Source: a virus
Taxonomy: Duplodnaviria; Heunggongvirae; Uroviricota; Caudoviricetes
IMG/VR virus record: IMGVR_UViG_2778261393_000002
Strand: one strand, 5' to 3'
Length of the DNA stretch: 29,964 nucleotides
The notes beneath the pieces were generated by a model. That model had not been told where the DNA came from and ran no database searches. It saw only the letters and a program-made list of their open reading frames with translations. How positions within the stretch are numbered: the first letter of the stretch is position 1; every line of letters starts with the position of its first letter. A program made the translations under genes and the position numbers. Positions 25,564-29,964 of the stretch are shown here, piece by piece.

Positions 25564-28002
25564 ATGAGTAAAGTCTTTATTTGCGCCGCCATTCCGGACG
25601 AACAGGCAATAAAGGAAGAAGGTGCAGTCGCTGTAGCCACTGCCATTGAAGCCGGCGACGAACGCCGCGCCCGTGCCAAATTTACCTGGCAATTCCTGGA
25701 GCAATATCCGGCTGCTCAGGACTGCGCTTATAAATTTCTTGTTTGCGAGGATAAACCCGGCATGCCCCGCCCTGCCATCAACTCCTGGGATACCGAATAT
25801 ATGCTGGAAAACCGCTGGGATGAAGAGTCAGCCTCTTTTGTCCCGATCGAACCAGAATCCGATCCGATGAACGTCAATTTTGACAAGCTGTCCCTTGAAG
25901 TACAGAACGCGGTCCTGGTTAAGTTCGGTACATGTGAAAACATCACCGTTGATATGGTGATTAGTGCACAGGAATTGTTGCAGGAGGACATGGCAACATT
26001 CGACGGGCATATCGTTGAGGCATTGATGAAAATGCCTGAAGTTAACGTCATGTATTCAGAACTAAAGCTGTTCGCCATCGGGTGGGTTAAACATAAATGT
26101 AAGCCGGGTGCAAAATGGCCTGAGATCCAGACAGAATTACGCACCTGGAAAAAACGTCGCGAAGCCGAACGCAAAGAAACCGGGAAATACACGTCTGTTG
26201 TTGATCTTGCCCGCGCCAGAGTCAACCGGCAGCACACTGAAAACTCAGCAGGAAAAATCAACCCCGCCACTGCCGCCATTCGTCGCGAATACAAGCAGAC
26301 ATGGAAAACGCTGGATGAAGAACTGGCCTACGCTCTGTGGCCTGGCGATATTAATGCCGGAAACATTGACGGCAGCATCCATCGCTGGGCAAAAAATGAA
26401 GTTATCGACAAAGATCGCGAAGACTGGAAGCGCATTTCCGCATCAATGCGCAAACAACCCGATGCCGTCCGCTACGACCGTCAGACTATTTTTGGCCTTG
26501 TCCGTGAGCGTCCGATCGACATTCACAAAGATCCCGTGGCACTGAACAAATACATCACTGAATACCTGGCGACAAAGGGCGTGTTTGAGGATGAAGAAAC
26601 AGACCAGAACACTGCTGATATTCTCCAGCCGTCAGCAGCACAAACTGATGCAGTGGAAACTGAAGTATCTGATACCCAAAAAAATGAAAGCACGCTGGAA
26701 ACTGAACCATCTGTAGAGCGTGAGGGGCCGTTCTACTTCCTTTTCACCGATAAGGATGGCGAAAAATATGGTCGTGCAAACAAACTTTCTGGTCTGAATA
26801 AGGCGCTGGCTGCAGGGGCTACTGAAATCACGAAAGAAGAATATTTTGCCCGCAAAAACGGCACATACTCAGGTTCACAACAAAATACTGGTGCATCTGA
26901 CACGATCGCACAACCAGAGCCGGTAAAAGTTACCGCTGACGAAGTAAACAAAATTATGCAGGCAGCCAATATCAGCCAGCCTGACGCCAATAAGTTGCTT
27001 GCTGTATCACGTGGTGAATTTGTTGCAGGGATTAGCGACCCGAATGATCCGAAATGGGTGAAGGGGATTGAAACCCGCGATTCAGTGAATCAGAACCAGC
27101 AAGAAACGGAACAGAACGACCAGAAAGCGGAACAAAACAGCCCAAATGCGCAACAGGAGCCGGAAAAAGCCTGCACCGCCTGCGGTCAGACCAGCGGCGG
27201 CAACTGCCCTGATTGTGGTGCGGTGATGGGCGACGCAACGTATCAGGAAACCTTTAATGAAGAAAATCTGGATGAATCTCAGGAAAAAGATCCGGAGGAA
27301 ATGGAAGGCGCTGAACATCCACACAAGGAGAATGCTGGCAGCTATCAGGACCACGCCAGCGATAGCGAAACTGGCGAGACGGCAGATCCCTTAATTGCGG
27401 TGAACGGTCATCACGTTATCACATCCACCAGCAGAGTGTGGTACCACCTGATGATCGACCTTGAAACGATGGGTAAAAAAAGTAATGCCCCCATCGTGGT
27501 TATTGGTGCTGTGTTCTTCGATCCGCAGACCGGGGAAATCGGGCCAACATTTTATATCGTTATCAGCCTGGTTGACGCTATGGACACGGGTGCTGTTCCT
27601 GATGGTTCCACCATCGAATGGTGGCTTGCTCAGTCCAGCGAAGCCAGATCTGCAATTTTAGTTGATCAGGTAAAACTGGTTGACGCTCTTATTCAATTTC
27701 GGGAATTCATCAATGAGTACTCGGATGAAAAATTCGTTCAGGTATGGGGCAATGGTGCAACTTTCGACAACACTATTTTACGAACCTCGTACGAACGCCT
27801 GAACATCCCCTGCCCGTGGCGTTACTACAACGATCGCGATGTACGTACAATCGTTGAACTGGGAAAAACTATCGGCTTCGATGCCAGAACAGTTATTCCA
27901 TTTGAAGGCGTGCGCCACCATGCGCTGGATGATGCCCGTCACCAGGCGAAATACGTTACAGCCACGATACAAAAACTGATCCCGAATCAGGCTGATTTTT
28001 AA
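25564..28002 (+). CDS. Large prophage exonuclease with C-terminal DEDDh-type 3'-5' exonuclease domain and a CxxC..CxxC zinc ribbon
   Basis: 812 aa. C-terminus has DnaQ-like motifs (MIDLETMG ... WGNGATFDN ... HHALDDARHQAKY). Zinc-ribbon-like CTACGQTSGGNCPDCG. Sits in the exo/recombination position between dicB and xis-int. Confidence 0.75.
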   Translation: MSKVFICAAIPDEQAIKEEGAVAVATAIEAGDERRARAKFTWQFLEQYPAAQDCAYKFLVCEDKPGMPRPAINSWDTEYMLENRWDEESASFVPIEPESDPMNVNFDKLSLEVQNAVLVKFGTCENITVDMVISAQELLQEDMATFDGHIVEALMKMPEVNVMYSELKLFAIGWVKHKCKPGAKWPEIQTELRTWKKRREAERKETGKYTSVVDLARARVNRQHTENSAGKINPATAAIRREYKQTWKTLDEELAYALWPGDINAGNIDGSIHRWAKNEVIDKDREDWKRISASMRKQPDAVRYDRQTIFGLVRERPIDIHKDPVALNKYITEYLATKGVFEDEETDQNTADILQPSAAQTDAVETEVSDTQKNESTLETEPSVEREGPFYFLFTDKDGEKYGRANKLSGLNKALAAGATEITKEEYFARKNGTYSGSQQNTGASDTIAQPEPVKVTADEVNKIMQAANISQPDANKLLAVSRGEFVAGISDPNDPKWVKGIETRDSVNQNQQETEQNDQKAEQNSPNAQQEPEKACTACGQTSGGNCPDCGAVMGDATYQETFNEENLDESQEKDPEEMEGAEHPHKENAGSYQDHASDSETGETADPLIAVNGHHVITSTSRVWYHLMIDLETMGKKSNAPIVVIGAVFFDPQTGEIGPTFYIVISLVDAMDTGAVPDGSTIEWWLAQSSEARSAILVDQVKLVDALIQFREFINEYSDEKFVQVWGNGATFDNTILRTSYERLNIPCPWRYYNDRDVRTIVELGKTIGFDARTVIPFEGVRHHALDDARHQAKYVTATIQKLIPNQADF

Positions 28003-28063
28003 TGTTCAACCGTCGCCAGTTGTAGTTGGTATTCTGCAACTGGCGCGTTCCGGAGTGATAACC

Positions 28064-28333
28064 ATGAGCGAACAGTACCTGATAACGCTCGATGAGTGGA
28101 AACCCAAACGGTTCAGTCTCCCAATAACAAACACTACCCTGGTGAAATACGGAAAACTTGGATACATCGTACCAAGACCACAAAAAATTCGTGGACGTTG
28201 GCTGATAGATCGCCGGGCAGTATTTGTTGGACCTGGTGAAACGGGAATTGCGCCGGAAATTCATACTGGCGATGATGATGCACTGAAGGAGATTTTAACT
28301 CATGTCACCGAGGCCACGAAAAAACAGCACTGA
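28064..28333 (+). CDS. xis: Excisionase
   Basis: 89 aa from MSEQYLITLDEWKPKRF (ATG 28064, SD GGAG 8 nt upstream). Overlaps the int start, typical xis-int arrangement. Confidence 0.7.
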   Translation: MSEQYLITLDEWKPKRFSLPITNTTLVKYGKLGYIVPRPQKIRGRWLIDRRAVFVGPGETGIAPEIHTGDDDALKEILTHVTEATKKQH

Positions 28334-29420
28334 CGTAGCCGGTCTTTACGAAAAGTTTGATCGCAGAACTGGCAGAGTTTACTACCAGTATAAAAACCCT
28401 GTGACTGGAAAATTTCACGGACTCGGAACAGACAAAGGCAAAGCTGAAAGAATCGCTTCCACAGCCAATCAGCGAATAGCTGCAGCAGAAGCCGAATATT
28501 TCATGCGCAAAATTGATGAAAGTCCATCAGCAACAAAACGTCGGGGTATCAGATTAAAGGCATGGGTTGATCGATATCTGAAAATACAGGACACGCGACT
28601 GAAAAATGGAGATATTGCAGCTACAACTCACAAAGAAAAAACTCGAATGGCTGCATACCTGGTTTCCCGTCTGGGAAACCACCCATTGAAAGAACTGGAA
28701 GTAAGAGACTTTGCATTAATACTGGATGAGTGGCTGGATAAAGACATGGTCAGCACAGCGAGAGTAAATCGTGGATTATGGGTTGATATTTATAAAGAAG
28801 CACAGCATGCAGGGGAAGTTCCTCCTGGATGGAATCCTCCGGAGGCTACCCGTAAACCGATCCCTAAAGTAACCAGAGCCAGACTCACCCTGGAAGACTG
28901 GCAAAAAATTTACAACGCAACGCCTGAAAAACACTTTATCCGTAACGCAATGCTTCTTGCGATTGTTACTGGTCAGCGCCGTGATGACATTTGCCATATG
29001 CGTTTTTCAGATGTGTGGAACGAACACCTGCATATTACCCAGGGAAAAACTGGAATGCGTCTGGCGTTACCGCTGACGCTACGCTGTGATGCCATTGGGA
29101 TATCGCTAAAAGAAGTGATTGATGGATGCAGGGACAGAATATTGAGTCCATACCTGATTCATAGTCGGCACCAAAAACAACCAAAACCAATGAGTAAAGA
29201 CAACCTGAGCGATTACTTTGCCAAAGCGCGGGAGCTGGCTGGAATAATTCCACCAGCAGGAAAAACTCCGCCAACATTTCATGAACAACGTTCTCTATCA
29301 GAACGGCTGTACCGTGCACAGGGTATCGATACAAAAACATTACTGGGACATAAAGTCCAGGCAACCACCGATCGTTATAACGATACTCGTGGTCAGGAAT
29401 GGGTTAAATTGGTTGTTTGA
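28302..29420 (+). CDS. int: Lambda-type tyrosine integrase
   Basis: 372 aa, co-linear with lambda Int as recalled (LAIVTGQRRDDICHMRFSDV, EQRSLSERLY, LLGHK, RYNDTRGQEW). Confidence 0.9.
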   Translation: MSPRPRKNSTDVAGLYEKFDRRTGRVYYQYKNPVTGKFHGLGTDKGKAERIASTANQRIAAAEAEYFMRKIDESPSATKRRGIRLKAWVDRYLKIQDTRLKNGDIAATTHKEKTRMAAYLVSRLGNHPLKELEVRDFALILDEWLDKDMVSTARVNRGLWVDIYKEAQHAGEVPPGWNPPEATRKPIPKVTRARLTLEDWQKIYNATPEKHFIRNAMLLAIVTGQRRDDICHMRFSDVWNEHLHITQGKTGMRLALPLTLRCDAIGISLKEVIDGCRDRILSPYLIHSRHQKQPKPMSKDNLSDYFAKARELAGIIPPAGKTPPTFHEQRSLSERLYRAQGIDTKTLLGHKVQATTDRYNDTRGQEWVKLVV

Positions 29421-29465
29421 CGAAATAAATACAGCTGAAAAATGTTGATATTACTTTGCTAGTGT

Positions 29466-29488
29466 AAAAACCCCGGCATCAACCGGGG
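29466..29488 (-). terminator. Rho-independent terminator
   Basis: Stem CCCCGG (29471-29476) and CCGGGG (29483-29488) with 6-nt loop, then a U-run on the minus strand (plus-strand AAAAA 29466-29470). 9 nt after the stop of the 155-aa minus-strand gene. Confidence 0.6.
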
Positions 29489-29496
29489 TTCGGAGA

Positions 29497-29964
29497 CTAA
29501 TCTTGATCAGGTTCCTGCTTAGAATAATGTTTTCCAACAATAAATGCCGTAACCAATGCAACAAGATCTATTGAAACGAGAGTTCCGGCAAGAACTGTCT
29601 CCCCCATGACGCCAAAGACAGTGGCAGCTAAGATGATCAATATTGCCAACCAAAAAGCCTTTGTTTGACCATCTCTGGCAATATCAATGCTATCAGCCAC
29701 TGTTTTATGGCGATGAGCCTGCTCTTTTTCGGTCAACTCAACAAGTCGATTTGCAAGCCCTGGCACCAGTTGATCATACTTTTTAAGCATTGAAGGTGGC
29801 GGAACAGGCCCCTGAAAATGCTGGCAAACAATAGCCCGCACCTGCGGACTATCCAAAACCCTGTTTAAGACCTCTGGATTTTCGATTACTCGAGAAACCA
29901 GTTCATTATCCTTTTGTTCTTCACAAGTGAGTTTGGTGTTCTCACTTTCTTTTTGATCTGGCAT
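29497..29964 (-). CDS. Membrane protein, DUF2335-like
   Basis: 155 aa; start codon is the last three bases of the window. Hydrophilic N-terminal region then two C-terminal hydrophobic helices (AFWLAILIILAATVFGVMGETVLAGTLVSIDLVALVTAFIVG). Confidence 0.5.
   Translation of the reverse strand: MPDQKESENTKLTCEEQKDNELVSRVIENPEVLNRVLDSPQVRAIVCQHFQGPVPPPSMLKKYDQLVPGLANRLVELTEKEQAHRHKTVADSIDIARDGQTKAFWLAILIILAATVFGVMGETVLAGTLVSIDLVALVTAFIVGKHYSKQEPDQD

Noticed and set aside
25728-26294. 188-aa minus-strand ORF
   Set aside because: Antisense inside the 812-aa exonuclease gene. No start signals.
1-29964. CRISPR arrays and rRNA/tRNA genes
   Set aside because: No regularly spaced direct repeats with unique spacers and no rRNA-like or cloverleaf-like sequence seen. 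The only tandem repeats are the iterons inside the replication gene and short operator-like motifs.

Overview
This window reads as an enteric (E. coli-like) defective lambdoid prophage of the Qin/DLP12 type, about 25.6 kb, fused at its truncated portal gene to a second integrase module. All protein identifications are from reading the ORF translations against remembered family sequences; no database search or computation was run. The second module (1-3900) carries a P4-like tyrosine integrase, an AlpA-family regulator and a Bro-N protein. The prophage (about 3900-29450) runs, from high to low coordinates on the minus strand: Cro/DicC-like, YdaT-like, replication protein with internal iterons, an AT-rich two-gene cargo cassette, hok, a lipoprotein, DUF968, RusA, antiterminator Q, a tR'-like terminator, an ORF6N protein, an AraC/AppY-like regulator, two holin-like genes, a GH108-type endolysin, then convergent bor and ybcV-like genes, an IS3 insertion, a lambda-like cos site, terminase small and large subunits, gpW and a truncated portal. 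On the plus strand the CI-like repressor is followed by ydfA/B/C-like genes, a DicF-like sRNA, dicB, ydfD, a large exonuclease, xis and a lambda-type int. No head or tail genes beyond the portal fragment are present, so the prophage is defective. The best candidate for an undescribed system is the AT-rich cassette at about 17340-20630: two unrecognised proteins of 417 and 373 aa with their own terminator, sitting where K-12 Qin carries relBE. A 29-codon hydrophobic ORF with a perfect SD next to hok is a second candidate.
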